From the NCBI RefSeq assembly GCF_009914755.1, contig NC_060948.1: a stretch of 64,000 nt of DNA; one strand, written 5' to 3'. Source of the stretch: the human T2T-CHM13v2.0 reference genome, Homo sapiens. The notes beneath the pieces are model-generated. The model made no database searches and was not told where the DNA came from. It worked only from the letters and a program-made list of their open reading frames with translations. The position numbers and the translations under genes are program-made. Of the stretch, positions 15,344 to 34,692 are shown piece after piece (the first letter of the stretch is position 1; the number at the start of each line of letters is the position of its first letter).

Positions 15344-17468
15344 AGATCCATATTTTTTAAATGAAAAAAAATTTCAAAGGTACTCTGCTTGGTACAATAA
15401 TGAAATGTATAAACTGAGGAATAAAACATAACCATGAAACCTACTTATAAATGCATATGGAAAATACAGAGGATAATTTTTTAAATAACATATTTTGAAA
15501 GCCTTAACTAGTAATTTGAAGAGTTGGCATTTGAAAGGCCAGTATGAATATACCTTCAAAGCAGCAACACAGGTTCCCCATGAGGAAAAGCAAACTCAGG
15601 GAAAATAAAACCACAAAGGTTCAATCTCTTCTGACCTTTGAAAGACACAGCACAGACAGTGGTCCTTAGGACGAAGAGCAGGAGACCCCTAATTCCGTCA
15701 CCATGGCGATAGGGCATAAACATTGCTGGGTGAGGGCACAATCCACATTGTGAGGTCCAACTGCTGCCAGGAAGACAGGAGTGCTTTTACATAGACCGAA
15801 AGGTCATTGAAGGCTCAGAGTTTTGTTTCAAGAACTGAATCCCAAGCCCACACGTTATTAGGCTGCGCTTCTTAAAACAAGTTATGAGATGGGAAAAAGG
15901 GCACCCACAAACATACGTATACATTATGTATATAATAATATACAGTATCATATATATAATATATATAACCTATGTATAATATTGTTTTACATCCTGCATC
16001 TTATGTTATATATATTGTATAAAATATAATAATTGATAATATATAAGTTTTATATTTATACAATATGACATATAGTATATATTATAATTTATGACATATA
16101 TAATATATGTTATATATCATATATACAATATATTATACGGTTAATATACGTATTAAATATAAATTATACATTATATATATTATATATAATATATCTGTTA
16201 TATATAATACCCATTATGCATAATATATATATTATGTCTATGATATATATAGTATAAAACAACATATAATAATATATAATTGTATATATAAAATGCGACA
16301 TATAATATATATTATATTTTATGACATATGTAATATATATTATATATTATATATAATGCGTTGTATGTATAATACCTATATTAAATATACATTACATGAC
16401 TATGTTATTAATTACATGTCACATGTGTTATATATTATTTATTTTACATAGAATATACCGGTTACATACAATATATAGTATGTTACCTATAATGTATAAT
16501 TTATTACATGTAAAATAAAGAATGCAATATATTATGTATAATTTATAATATACAATATGTGGAATGTGATATATATAACATATAATATATGATATATGAT
16601 ATAGAGTATATGATATATAACATACAATATATGATACCTAATATATATGATATACAATATATATTTTATGATATGTATTCTATATGTTATATATTCTGTT
16701 ATATATAACTGTTTGAAATTATATATAACTGTATAATATTTTAGGTAAATATGTAATATAATATATATAACTTTATAATATATTATATATAACTATATAT
16801 TATGTTATATATACTTTTATAACATAATTTACATAAAATATCATAATATAATATATATTATATTATTTCATATTACATAATATATATTACATATCACCCA
16901 ATATAAGTAACATACATATTATAATATAGATTATATTATCTTATATTAAATATCATATATATCATGTATCATATATTCTATAATATATATTATACATTAT
17001 ATAATATGTATGTTGTCTATTATGTGATATATATAACTATATATATAATTATATTATTATACATATAACTAGATAAACATGTAATTCTACATATTTTCAT
17101 TTATAATATATAGAATTATATAATCATATATAATTATTTATATTCTATAAAAAATTATATCATTATATAAATTATAATATATAAAAATTATAATATGTAC
17201 TACAAACATATATATTATATATCATATATGATATAGTAACTTTGTTATATATCATAATACATATAAATGTGTATTATGTTATCTATAATTATATAATTTC
17301 ATATATAAGATGTATATTATGTATTATTTATTATATACGTTATGTAATATATATAGTATATATAAGCTGACAAAGGATAAATATTATATACTATGACATA
17401 TAAAATATATGAGGTTATATGTTACATATAAGGCATAGCACATAACATGTAATATATATCATATATAA

Positions 17469-17760
<292 letters not shown>

Positions 17761-19888
17761 AGATCCATATTTTTTAAATGAAAAAAAATTTCAAAGGTAC
17801 TCTGCTTGGTACAATAATCAAATGTATAAACTGAGGAATAAAACATAACCATGAAACCTACTTATAAATGCATATGGAAAATACAGAGGATAATTTTTTA
17901 AATAACATATTTTGAAAGCCTTAACTAGTAATTTGAAGAGTTGGCATTTGAAAGGCCAGTATGAATATACCTTCAAAGCAGCAACACAGGTTCCCCATGA
18001 GAAAAAGCAAACTCAGGGAAAATAAAACCACAAAGGTTCAATCTCTTCTGACCTTTGAAAGACACAGCACAGACAGTGGTCCTTAGGACGAAGAGCAGGA
18101 GACCCCTAATTACGTCACCATGGCGATAGGGCATAAACATTGCTGGGTGAGGGCACAATCCACATTGTGAGGTCCAAGTGCTGCCAGGAAGACAGGAGTG
18201 CTTTTACGTAGACCGAAAGGTCATTGAAGGCTCAGAGTTTTGTTTCAAGAACTGAATCCCAAGCCCACACGTTATTAGGCTGCGCTTCTTAAAACAAGTT
18301 ATGAGATGGGAAAAAGGGCACCCACAAACATACGTATACATTATGTATATAATAATATACAGTATCATATATATAATATATATAACCTATGTATAATATT
18401 GTTTTACATCCTGCATCTTATGTTATATATATTGTATAAAATATAATAATTGATAATATATAAGTTTTATATTTATACAATATGACATATAGTATATATT
18501 ATAATTTATGACATATATAATATATGTTATATATCATATATAGAATATATTTTACGGTTAATATACGTATTAAATATAAATTATACATTATATATATTAT
18601 ATATAATATATCTGTTATATATAATACCCATTATGCATAATATATATATTATGTCTATGTTATATATAGTATAAAACAACATATAATAATATATAATTGT
18701 ATATATAAAATGCGACATATAATATATATTATATTTTATGACATATGTAATATATATTATATATTATATATAATGCGTTGTATGTATAATACCTATATTA
18801 AATATATATTACATGACTATGTTATTAATTACATGTCACATGTGTTATATATTATATATTTTACATAGAATATACCGGTTACAAACAATATATACTATGT
18901 TACCTATAATGTATAATTTATTACATGTAAAATAAAGAAAGCAATATATTATGTATAATTTATAATATACAATATGTGGAATGTGATATATATAACATAT
19001 AATATATGATATATGATATACAGTATATGATATATAACATACAATATATGATACCTAATATATATGGTATACAATATATATTTTATGATATGTATTCTCT
19101 ATGTTTTATATTCTGTTATATATAACTATTTGAAATTATATATAACTGTATAATATTTTATGTAAATATGTAATATAATATATATAACTATATAATATAT
19201 TATATATAACTATATATTATGTTATATATACTTTTATAACATAATTTACATAAAATATCATAATATAATATATATTATATTATTTCATATTACTTAATAT
19301 ATATTACATATCACCCAATATAAGTAACATACATAATATTATAATATAGATTATATTATGTTATATTAAATATCATATATATCATGTATCATACATTCTA
19401 TAATATATATTACACATTATATAATATGTATGTTGTCTATTATGTGATATATATAACTATATATATAATTATATTATTAAACATATAACTAGATAAACAT
19501 GTAATTCTACATATTTTCATTTATAATATATAGAATTATATAATCATATATAATTATTTATATTCTATAAAAAATTATATCATTATATAAAATATAATAT
19601 ATAAAAATTATAATATGTACTACAAATATATATATTATATATCATATATGATATAGTACCTTTGTTATATATCATAATACATATAAATGTGTATTATGTT
19701 ATCTATAATTATATAATTTCATATATAAGATGTATAATATGTATCATATATTATATATGTTATGTAATATATATAGTATATATAAGATGACACAGGATAA
19801 ATATTATATACTATGACATATAAAATATATGAGGTTATATGTTACGTATAAGGCATAGCACATAACATGTAATATATATCATATATAA

Positions 19889-20180
19889 TTTTTTTTTAGA
19901 CAGAATCTTGTCCTGTTGCACAGGGTGGGGTACAATGGCGCCATCTTTGCTCACTTCAACATCTGCCTCACGGGTCCAAGCGATTGTCCTCCCTCAGCCT
20001 CCCAGGTAGCTGGGACTACACCACACTGGGACTACAGCAGCTGCCACCATGCCTAGCTAATTTTTTGGATTTTTAGTAGTGACAGCGTTTCACTGTATTG
20101 GCCAGGATGGTCTTGATCTCTTCACCTTGTGATCCCCTTGCCTTGGCCTCCAAATTTGCTGGGATTACAGGCCTGAGCCA
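19889..20180 (-). mobile_element. Alu in DYZ2 unit 5
   Basis: Same Alu motifs. Confidence 0.95.
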
Positions 20181-22285
20181 AGATCCATATTTTTTAAATG
20201 AAAAAAAATTTCAAAGGTACTCTGCTTGGTACAATAATCAAATGTATAAACTGAGGAATAAAACATAACCATGAAACCTACTTATAACTGCATATGGAAA
20301 ATACAGAGGATAATTTTTTAAATAACATATTTTGAAAGCCTTAACTAGTAATTTGAAGAGTTGGCATTTGAAAGGCCAGTATGAATATACCTTCAAAGCA
20401 GCAACACAGGTTCCCCATGAGAAAAAGCAAACTCAGGGAAAATAAAACCACAAAGGTTCAATCTCTTCTGACCTTTGAAAGACACAGCACAGACAGTGGT
20501 CCTTAGGACGAAGAGCAGGAGACCCCTAATTCCGTCACCATGGCGATAGGGCATAAACATTGCTGGGTAAGGGCCCAATCCACATTGTGAGGTCCAACTG
20601 CTGCCAGGAAGACAGGAGTGCTTTTACATAGACCGAAAGGTCATTGAAGGCTCAGAGTTTTGTTTCAAGAACTGAATCCCAAGCCCACACGTTATTAGGC
20701 TGCGCTACTTAAAACAAGTTATGAGATGGGAAAAAGGGCACCCACAAACATACGTATACATTATGTATATAATAATATACAGTATCATATATATAATATA
20801 TATAACCTATGTATAATATTGTTTTACATCCTGAATCTTATGTTATATATATTGCATAAAATATAATAATTGATAATATATAAGTTTTATATTAATTCAA
20901 TATGACATATAGTATATATTATAATTTATGACATATATAATATATGTTATATATCATATATAGAATATATTATACGGTTAATATACGTATTAAATATAAA
21001 TTATACATTATATATATTATATATAATATATCTGTTATATATAATACCCATTATGCATAATATATATATTATGTCTATGTTATATATAGTATAAAACAAC
21101 ATATAATAATATATAATTGTATATATAAAATGCGACATATAATATATATTATATTTTATGACATAAGTAATATATATTATATATTATATATAATACGTTG
21201 TATGTATAATACCTATATTAAATATATATTATATGACTATGTTATTAATTACATGTCACATGTGTTATATAGTATATATTTTGAATAGAATATACCGGTT
21301 ACATACAATATATACTATGTTACCTATAATGTATAATTTATTATATGTAAAATAAAGAATGCAATATATTATGTATAATTTATAATATACAATATGTGGA
21401 ATGTGATATATATAACATATAATATATGATATATGATATACAGTATATGATATATAACATACAATATATGATACCTAATATATATGGTGTACAATATATA
21501 TTTTATGATATGTATTCTCTATGTTTTATATTCTGTTATATATAACTATTTAAAATTATATATAAATGTATAATATTTTATGTAAATATGTAATATAATA
21601 TATATAACTATATAATGTATTATATATAACTATATATTATGTTATATATACTTTTATAAAATAAATTACATAAAATATCATAATATAATATATATTATAT
21701 TATTTCATATTACTTAAGATATATTACATATCACCCAATATAAGTAACATACATAATATTATAATATAGATTATATTATGTTATATTAAATATCATATAT
21801 ATCATGTATCATATATTCCATAATATATTTTATACATTATATAATATGTATGTTGTCAATTATGTGATATATATAACTTTATATATAATTATATTATTAT
21901 ACATATAACTAGATAAACATGTAATTCTACATATTTTCATTTATAATATATAGAATTATATAATCATATATAATTATTTATATTCTATAAAAAATTATAT
22001 CATTATATAAATTATAATATATAAAAATTATAATATATACTACAAATATATATATTATATATCATATATGATATAGTACCTTTGTTATATATCATAATAC
22101 ATATAAATGTGTATTATGTTATCTATAATTATATAATTTCATATATAAGATGTATAATATGTATTATATATTATATATGATATGTAATATATATAGTATG
22201 TATAAGATGACACAGGATAAATATTATATACTATGACATATAAAATATATGAGGTTATATGTTACATATAAGGCATAGCACATAA

Positions 22286-22601
<316 letters not shown>

Positions 22602-24706
22602 AGATCCATATTTTTTAAATGAAAAAAAGTTTCAAAGGTACTCTGCTTGGTACAATAATCAAATGTATAAACTGAGGAATAAAACATAAGCATGAAACCT
22701 ACTTATAACAGCATATGGAAAATACAGGGGATAATTTTTTAAATAACATATTTTGAAAGCCTTAACTAGTAATTTGAAGAGTTGGCATTTGAAAGGCCAG
22801 TATGAATATACCTTCAAAGCAGCAACACAGGTTCCCCATGAGAAAAAGCAAACTCAGGGAAAATAAAACCACAAAGGTTCAATCTCTTCTGACCTTGGAA
22901 AGACACAGCACAGACAGTGGTCCTTAGGACGAAGAGCAGGAGACCCCTAATTCCGTCACCATGGCGATAGGGCATAAACATTGCTGGGTGAGGGCACAAT
23001 CCACATTGTGAGGTCCAACTGCTGCCAGGAAGACAGGAGTGCTTTTACATAGACCGAAAGGTCATTGAAGGCTCAGAGTTTTGTTTCAAGCACTGAATCC
23101 CAAGCCCACACGTTATTAGGCTGCGCTTCTTAAAACAAGTTATGAGATGGGAAAAAGGGCACCCACAAACATACGTATACATTATGTATATAATAATATA
23201 CAGTATCATATATATAATGTATATAACCTATGTATAATATTGTTTTACATCCTGCATCTTATATTATATATATTGTATAAAATAAAATAATTGATAATAT
23301 ATATGTTTTATATTTATACAATATGACATATAGTATATATTATAATTTATGACATATATTATATATGTTATATATCATATATGGAATATATTATACGGTT
23401 AATATTCGTATTAAATATAAATTATACATTATATATATTATATATAATATATCTGTTATATATAATACGCATTATGCATAATATATATATTATGTCTATG
23501 TTATATATAGTATAAAACAACATATAATAATATATAATTGTATATATAAAATGCGACATATAATATATATTATATTTTATGACATATGTAATATATATTA
23601 TATATTATATATAATACGTTGTATGTATAATACCTATATTAAATATATATTATATGACTATGTTATTAATTACATGTCACATATGTTATATATTATATAT
23701 TTTACATAGAATATGCCGGTTACATACAATATATACTATGTTACCCATAATGAATAATTTATTACATGTAAAATAAAGAATGCAATATATTATGTATAAT
23801 TTATAATATACAATATGTGGAATGTGATACATATAACATATAATATATGATATATGATATACAGTATATGATATATAACATACAATATATGATACCTAAT
23901 ATATATGGAATATAATATATATTTTATGATATGTATCCTATATGTTTTATATTCTGTTATATATAACTATTTGAAATTATATATAACTGTGTAATATTTT
24001 ATGTAAATATGTAATATAATATATACAACTATATAATATATTATATATAACTATATATTATGTTATATATACTTTTATAACATAATTTACATAAAATATC
24101 ATAATAAAATATATGTTATATTATTTCACATTACGTAATGTATATTACATATCACCCAATATAAGTAACATACATAATATTATAATATAGATTATATTAT
24201 GTTATATTAAATCTCATATATATCATGTATCATATATTCTATAATATATATTATACATTATATAATATGTATGTTGTCTATTATGTGAGATATATAACTG
24301 TATATATAATTATATTATTATACATATAACTAGATAAACATGTAATTCTACATATTTTCCTTTATAATATATAGAATTATATAATCATATATAATTATTT
24401 ATATTCTATAAAAAATTATATCATTATATAAATTATAATATTTAAAAACTATAATATGTACTACAAATATATATGTTATATATCATATATGATATAGTAC
24501 CTTTGTTATATATCATAATACATATAAATGTGTATTATGTTATCTATAATTATATAATTTCATTTATAAGATGTATAATATGTATTATATATTATATACG
24601 TTATGTAATATATATAGTATATTTAACCTGACACAGGATAAATATTATATACTATGACATATAAAATATATGAGGTTATATGTTACATATAAGGCATAGC
24701 ATATAA

Positions 24707-25022
<316 letters not shown>

Positions 25023-27127
25023 AGATCCATATTTTTTAAATGAAAAAAAATTTCAAAGGTACTCTGCTTGGTACAATAATCAAATGTATAAACTGAGGAA
25101 TAAAACATAACCATGAAACCTACTTATGACAGCATATGGAAAATGCAGAGGATAATTTTTTAAATAACATATTTTGAAAGCCTTACCTAGTAATTTGAAG
25201 AGTTGGCATTTGAAAGGCCAGTATGAATATACCTTCAAAGCAGCAACACAGGTTCCCCATGAGAAAAATCAAACTCAGGGAAAATAAAACCACAAAGGTT
25301 CAATCTCTTCTGACCTTTGAAAGACACAGCACAGACAGTGGTCCTTAGGACGAAGAGCAGGAGACCCCTAATTCCGTCACCATGGCGATAGGGCATAAAC
25401 ATTGCTGGGTGAGGGCACAATCCACATTGTGAGGTCCAACTGCTGCCAGGAAGACAGGAGTGCTTTTACATAGACCGAAAGGTCATTGAAGGCTCAGAGT
25501 TTTGTTTCAAGCACTGAATCCCAAGCCCACACGTTATTAGGCTGCGCTTCTTAAAACAAGTTATGAGATGGGAAAAAGGGCACCCACAAACATACGTATA
25601 TATTATGTATATAATAATATACAGTATCATATATATAATATATATAACTTATGTATAATATTGTTTTACATCCTGCATCTTCTGTTATATATATTGTATA
25701 AAATATAATAATTGATAATATATAAGTTTTATATATATACAATATGACATATAGTATATATTATAATTTATGACATATATAATATATGTTATGTATCATA
25801 TATAGAATATATTATACGGTTAATATACGTATTAAATATAAATTATACATTATATATATTATATATAATATATCTGTTATATATAATACCCATTATGCAT
25901 AATATATATATTATGTCTATGTTATATATAGTATAAAACAACACATAATAATATACAATTGTATATATAAAATGCGACATATAATATATATTATATTTTA
26001 TGACATATGTAATATATATTATATATTATATATAATACGTTGTAGGTATAATTCCTATATTAAATATATATTATAGGACTATGTTATTAATTACATGTCA
26101 CATATGTTATATATTATATATTTTACATAGAATATACCGGTTACATACAATATATACTATGTTACCTATAATGTATAATTTATTACATGTAAAATAAAGA
26201 TTGCAATATACTATGTATAATTTATAGTATACAATATGTGGATTGTGATATATATAACATATAATATATGATATATGATATACAGTATATGATATATAAC
26301 ATACAATATATGATACCTAATATATATGGTATACAATATATATTTTATGATATGTATTCTCTATGTTTTATATTCTGTTATATATAACTATTTGAAATTA
26401 TATATAACTGTATAATATTTTATGTAAATATGTAATATAATATATATAACTATATAATATATTATATATAACTATATATTATGTTATATATAGTTTTATA
26501 ACATAATTTACATAAAATATCATAATATAATATATATTATATTATTTCATATTACATAATATATATTACATATCACCCAATATAAGTAACATACATAATA
26601 TTATAATATAGATTATATTATGTTATATTAAATATCATATATATCATGTATCATATATTCTATAATATATATTACACATTATATAATATGTATGTTGTCT
26701 ATTATGTGATATATAGAACTATATATATAATTATATTATTATACATATAACTACATAAACATGTAATTCTACATATTTTCATTTATAATATATAGAATTA
26801 TATAATCATATATAATTATTTATATTCTATAAAAAATTATATCATTATATAAATTATAATATATAAAAATTATAATATGTTTTACAAATATATATATTAT
26901 ATATCATATATGATATAGTACCTTTGTTATATATCATAATACATATAAATGTGTATTATGTTATCTATAATTATATAAATTCATATATAAGATGTATAAT
27001 ATGTATCATATATTATATATGTTATGTAATATATATAGTATATATAAGCTGACACAGGATAAATATTATATACTATGACATATAAAATATATGAGGTTAT
27101 ATGTTACATATAAGGCATAGCACATAA

Positions 27128-27442
<315 letters not shown>

Positions 27443-29570
27443 AGATCCATATTTTTTAAATGAAAAAAAATTTCAAAGGTACTCTGCTTGGTACAATAAT
27501 CAAATGTATAAACTGAGGAATAAAACATAACCATGAAACCTACTTATAACTGCATGTGGAAAATACAGAGGATAATTTTTTAAATAACATATTTTGAAAG
27601 CCTTAACTAGTAATTTGAAGAGTTGGCATTTGAAAGGCCAGTATGAATATACCTTCAAAGCAGCAACACAGGTTCCCCATGAGGAAAAGCAAACTCAGGG
27701 AAAATAAAACCACAAAGGTTCAATCTCTTCTGACCTTTGAAAGACACAGCACAGACAGTGGTCCTTAGGACGAAGAGCAGGAGACCCCTAATTCCGTCAC
27801 CATGGCGATAGGGCATAAACATTGCTGGGTGAGGGCACAATCCACATTGTGAGGTCCAACTGCTGCCAGGAAGACAGGACTGCTTTTACATAGACCGAAA
27901 GGTCATTGAAGGCTCAGAATTTTGTTTCAAGAACTGAATCCCAAGCCCACACGTTATTAGGCTGCGCTTCTTAAAACAGGTTATGAGATGGGAAAAAGGG
28001 CACCCACAAACATACGTATACATTATGTATATAATAATATACAGTATCATATATATAATATATATAACCTATGTATAATATTGTTTTACATCCTGCATCT
28101 TATGTTATATATATTGTATAAAATATAATAATTGATAATATATAAGTATTATATTTATACAATATGGCATATAGTATATATTATAATTTATGACATATAT
28201 AATATATGTTATATATCATATATATAATATATTATATGGTTAATATACGTATTAAATATAAATTTTACATTATATATATTATATAAAATATATCTGATAT
28301 ATATAATACCCATTATGCATAATATATATATTATGTCTATGTTATATATAGTATAAAACAACACATAATAATATATAATTCTATATATAAAATGCGACAT
28401 ATAATATATATTATATTTTACGACATATGTAATATATATTATATATTATATATAATACGTTGTAGGTATAATTCCTATATTAAATATATATTATAGGACT
28501 ATGTTATTAATTACATGTCACATATGTTATATATTATATATTTTACATAGAATATACCGGTTACATACAATATATACTATGTTACCTATAATGTATAATT
28601 TATTACATGTAAAATAAAGATTGCAATATATTATGTATAATTTATAGTATACAATATGTGGATTGTGATATATATAACATATAATATATGATATATGATA
28701 TACAGTATATGATATATAACATGCAATATATGATACCTAATATATATGGTATACAATATATATTTTATGATATGTATTCTATATGTTTTATATTCTGTTA
28801 TATATAACTATTTGAAATTATATATAACTGTATAATATTTTATGTAAATATGTAATATAATATATATAACTATATAATATATTATATATAACTATATATT
28901 ATGTTATATATAGTTTTATAACATAATTTACATAAAATATCATAATATAATATATATTATATTATTTCATATTACATAATATATATTACATATCACCCAA
29001 TATAAGTAACATACATAATATTATAATATAGATTATATTATGTTATATTAAATATCATATATATCATGTATCATATATTCTATAATATATATTACACATT
29101 ATATAATATGTATGTTGTCTATTATGTGATATATAGAACTATATATATAATTATATTATTATACATATAACTACATAAACATGTAATTCTAAATATTTTC
29201 ATTTATAATATATAGAATTATATAATCATATATAATTATTTATATTCTATAAAAAATTATATCATTATATAAATTATAATATATAAAAATTATAATATGT
29301 ACTACAAATATATATATTATATATCATATATGATATAGTACCTTTGTTATATATCATAATACATATAAATGTGTATTATGTTATCTATAATTATATAAAT
29401 TCATATATAAGATGTATAATATGTATCATATATTATATATGTTATGTAATATATATAGTATATATAAGCTGACACAGGATAAATATTATATACTATGACA
29501 TATAAAATATATGAGGTTATATGTTACATATAAGGCATAGCACATAACATGTAACATATATCATATATAA

Positions 29571-29862
<292 letters not shown>

Positions 29863-31963
29863 AGATCCATATTTTTTAAATGAAAAAAAATTTCAAAGGT
29901 ACTCTGCTTGGTACAATAATCAAATGTATAAACTGAGGAATAAAACATAACCATGAAACCTACTTATAACTGCATATGGAAAATACAGAGGATAATTTTT
30001 TAAATAACATATTTTGAAAGCCTTAACTAGTAATTTGAAGAGTTGGTATTTGAAAGGCCAGTATGAATATACCTTCAAAGCAGCAACACAGGTTCCCCAT
30101 GAGGAAAAGCAAACTCAGGGAAAATAAAACCACAAAGGTTCAATCTCTTCTGACCTTTGAAAGACACAGCACAGACAGTGGTCCTTAGGACGAAGAGCAG
30201 GAGACCCCTAATTCCGTCACCATGGCGATAGGGCATAAACATTGCTGGGTGAGGGCACAATCCACATTGTGAGGTCCAACTGCTGCCAGGAAGACAGGAG
30301 TGCTTTTACATAGACCGAAAGGTCATTGAAGGCTCAGAGTTTTGTTTCAAGAACTGAATCCCAAGCCCACACGTTATTAGGCTGCGCTTCTTAAAACAGG
30401 TTATGAGATGGGAAAAAGGGCACCCACAAACATACGTATACATTATGTATATAATAATATACAGTATCATATATATAATATATATAACCTATGTATAATA
30501 TTGTTTTACATCCTGCATCTTATGTTATATATATTGTATAAAATATAATAATTGATAATATATAAGTATTATATTTATACAATATGGCATATAGTATATA
30601 TTATAATTTATGACATATATAATATATGTTATATATCATATATAGAATATATTATATGGTTAATATACGTATTAAATATAAATTTTACATTATATATATT
30701 ATATATAATATATCTGATATATATAATACCCATTATGCATAATATATATATTATGTCTATGTTATATATAGTATAAAACAACACATAATAATATATAATT
30801 GTATATATAAAATGCGACATATAATATATATTATATTTTACGACATATGTAATATATATTATATATTATATATAATACGTTGTAGGTATAATTCCTATAT
30901 TAAATATATATTATAGGACTATGTTATTAATTACATGTCACATATGTTATATATTATATATTTTACATAGAATATACCGGTTACATACAATATATACTAT
31001 GTTACCTATAATGTATAATTTATTACATGTAAAATAAAGAATGCAATATATTATGTATAATTTATAATATACAATATGTGGAATGTGATATATATAACAT
31101 ATAATATATGATATATGATATACAGTATATGATATATAACATACAATGTATGATACCTAATATATATGGTATACAATATATATTTTATGATATGTATTCT
31201 ATATGTTTTATATTCTGTTATATATAACTATTTGAAATTATATATAACTGTATAATATTTTATGTAAATATGTAATATAATATATAACTATATAATATAT
31301 TATATATAACTATATATTATGTTATATATACTTTTATAACATAATTTACATAAAATATCATAATATAATATATATTATATTATTTCATATTACATAATAT
31401 ATATTACATATCACCCAATATAAGTAACATACATAATATTATAATATAGATTATATTATGTTATATTAAATATCATATATATCATGTATCATATATTCTA
31501 TAGTATATATGATATATTATATAATATGTATGTTGTCTATTATGTGATATATATAACTATATATAATTATATTATTATACATATTACTAGATAAACATGT
31601 AATTCTACATATTTTCATTTATAATATATAGAATTATATAATCATATATAATTATTTATATTCTATAAAAAATTATATCATTATATAAATTATAATATAT
31701 AAAAATTATAATATGTACTACAAATATATATATTATATATCATATATGATATAGTACCTTTGTTATATATCATAATACATATAAATGTGTATTATGTTAT
31801 CTATAATTATATAATTTCATATATAAGATGTATAATATGTATTATATATTATATATGTTATGTAATATATATAGTATATATAAGATGACACAGGATAAAT
31901 ATTATATACTATGACATATAAAATATATGAGGTTATATGTTACATATAAGGCATAGCACATAA

Positions 31964-32278
<315 letters not shown>

Positions 32279-34377
32279 AGATCCATATTTTTTAAATGAA
32301 AAAAAATTTCAAAGGTACTCTGCTTGGTACAATAATCAAATGTATAAACTGAGGAATAAAACATAACCATGAAACCTACTTATAACTGCATATGGAAAAT
32401 ACAGAGGATAATTTTTTAAATAACATATTTTGAAAGCCTTAACTAGTAATTTGAAGAGTTGGCATTTGAAAGGCCAGTATGAATATACCTTCAAAGCAGC
32501 AACACAGGTTCCCCATGAGAAAAAGCAAACTCAGGGAAAATAAAACCACAAAGGTTCAATCTCTTCTGACCTTTGAAAGACACAGCACAGACAGTGGTCC
32601 TTAGGACGAAGAGCAGGAGACCCCTAATTCCGTCACCATGGCGATAGGGCATAAACATTGCTGGGTGAGGGCACAATCCACATTGTGAGGTCCAACTGCT
32701 GCCAGGAAGACAGGAGTGCTTTTACATAGACCGAAAGGTCATTGAAGGCTCAGAGTTTTGTTTCAAGAACTGAATCCCAAGCCCACACGTTATTAGGCTG
32801 CGCTTCTTAAAACAAGTTATGAGATGGGAAAAAGGGCACCTACAAACATACGTATACATTATGTATATAATAATATACAGTATCATATATATAATATATA
32901 TAACCCATGTATAATATTGTTTTACATCCTGCATCTTATATTATATATATTGTATAAAATATAATAATTGATAATATATAAATTTTATATTTATACAATA
33001 TGACATATAGTATATATTATAATTTATTACATATATAATATATGTTATATATCATATATAGAATATATTATACGGTTAATATACGTATTAAATATAAATT
33101 ATACATTATATATATTATATATAATATATCTGCTATATATAATACCCATTGTGCATAATATATATATTATGTCTATGTTATATATAGTATAAAACAACAT
33201 ATAATAATATATAATTGTATATATAAAACGCGACATATAATATATATTATATTTTATGACATATGTAATATATATTATATATTATATATAATACGTTGTA
33301 TGTATAATACCTATATTAAATATAAATTATATGACTATGTTATTAATTACATGTCACATATGTTATATATTATATATTTTACATAGAATATACCGGTTAC
33401 ATACAATATATACTATGTTACCTATAATGTATAATTTATTACATGTAAAATAAAGAATGCAATATATTATGTATAATTTATAATATACAATATGTGGAAT
33501 GTGATATATATAACATATAATATATGATATATGATATACAGTATATGATATATAACATACAATATATGATACCTAATATATATGGTATACAATATATATT
33601 TTATGATATGTATTCTATATGTTTTATATTCTGATATATATAACTATTTGAAATTATATATAACTGTATAATATTTTATGTAAATATGTAATATAATATA
33701 TAACTATATAATATATTATATATAACTATATATTATGTTATATATACTTTTATAACATAATTTACATAAAATATCATAATATAATATATATTATATTATT
33801 TCATATTACATAATATATATTACATATCACCCAATATAAGTAACATACATAATATTATAATATAGATTATATTATGTTATATTAAATATCATATATATCA
33901 TGTATCATATATTCTATAATATATATGATACATTATATAATATGTATGCTGTCTATTATGTGATATATATAACTATATATAATTATATTATTATACATAT
34001 TACTAGATAAACGTAATTCTACATATTTTCATTTATAATATATAGAATTATATAATCATATATAATTATTTATATTCTATAAAAAATTATATCATTATAT
34101 AAATTATAATATATAAAAATTATAATATGTACTACAAATATATATATTATATATCATATATGATATAGTACCTTTGTTATATATCATAATACATATAAAT
34201 GTGTATTATGTTATCTATAATTATATAATTTCATATATAAGATGTATAATATGTATTATATATTATATATGTTATGTAATATATATAGTATATATAAGAT
34301 GACACAGGATAAATATTATATACTATGACATATAAAATATATGAGGTTATATGTTACATATAAGGCATAGCACATAA

Positions 34378-34692
<315 letters not shown>
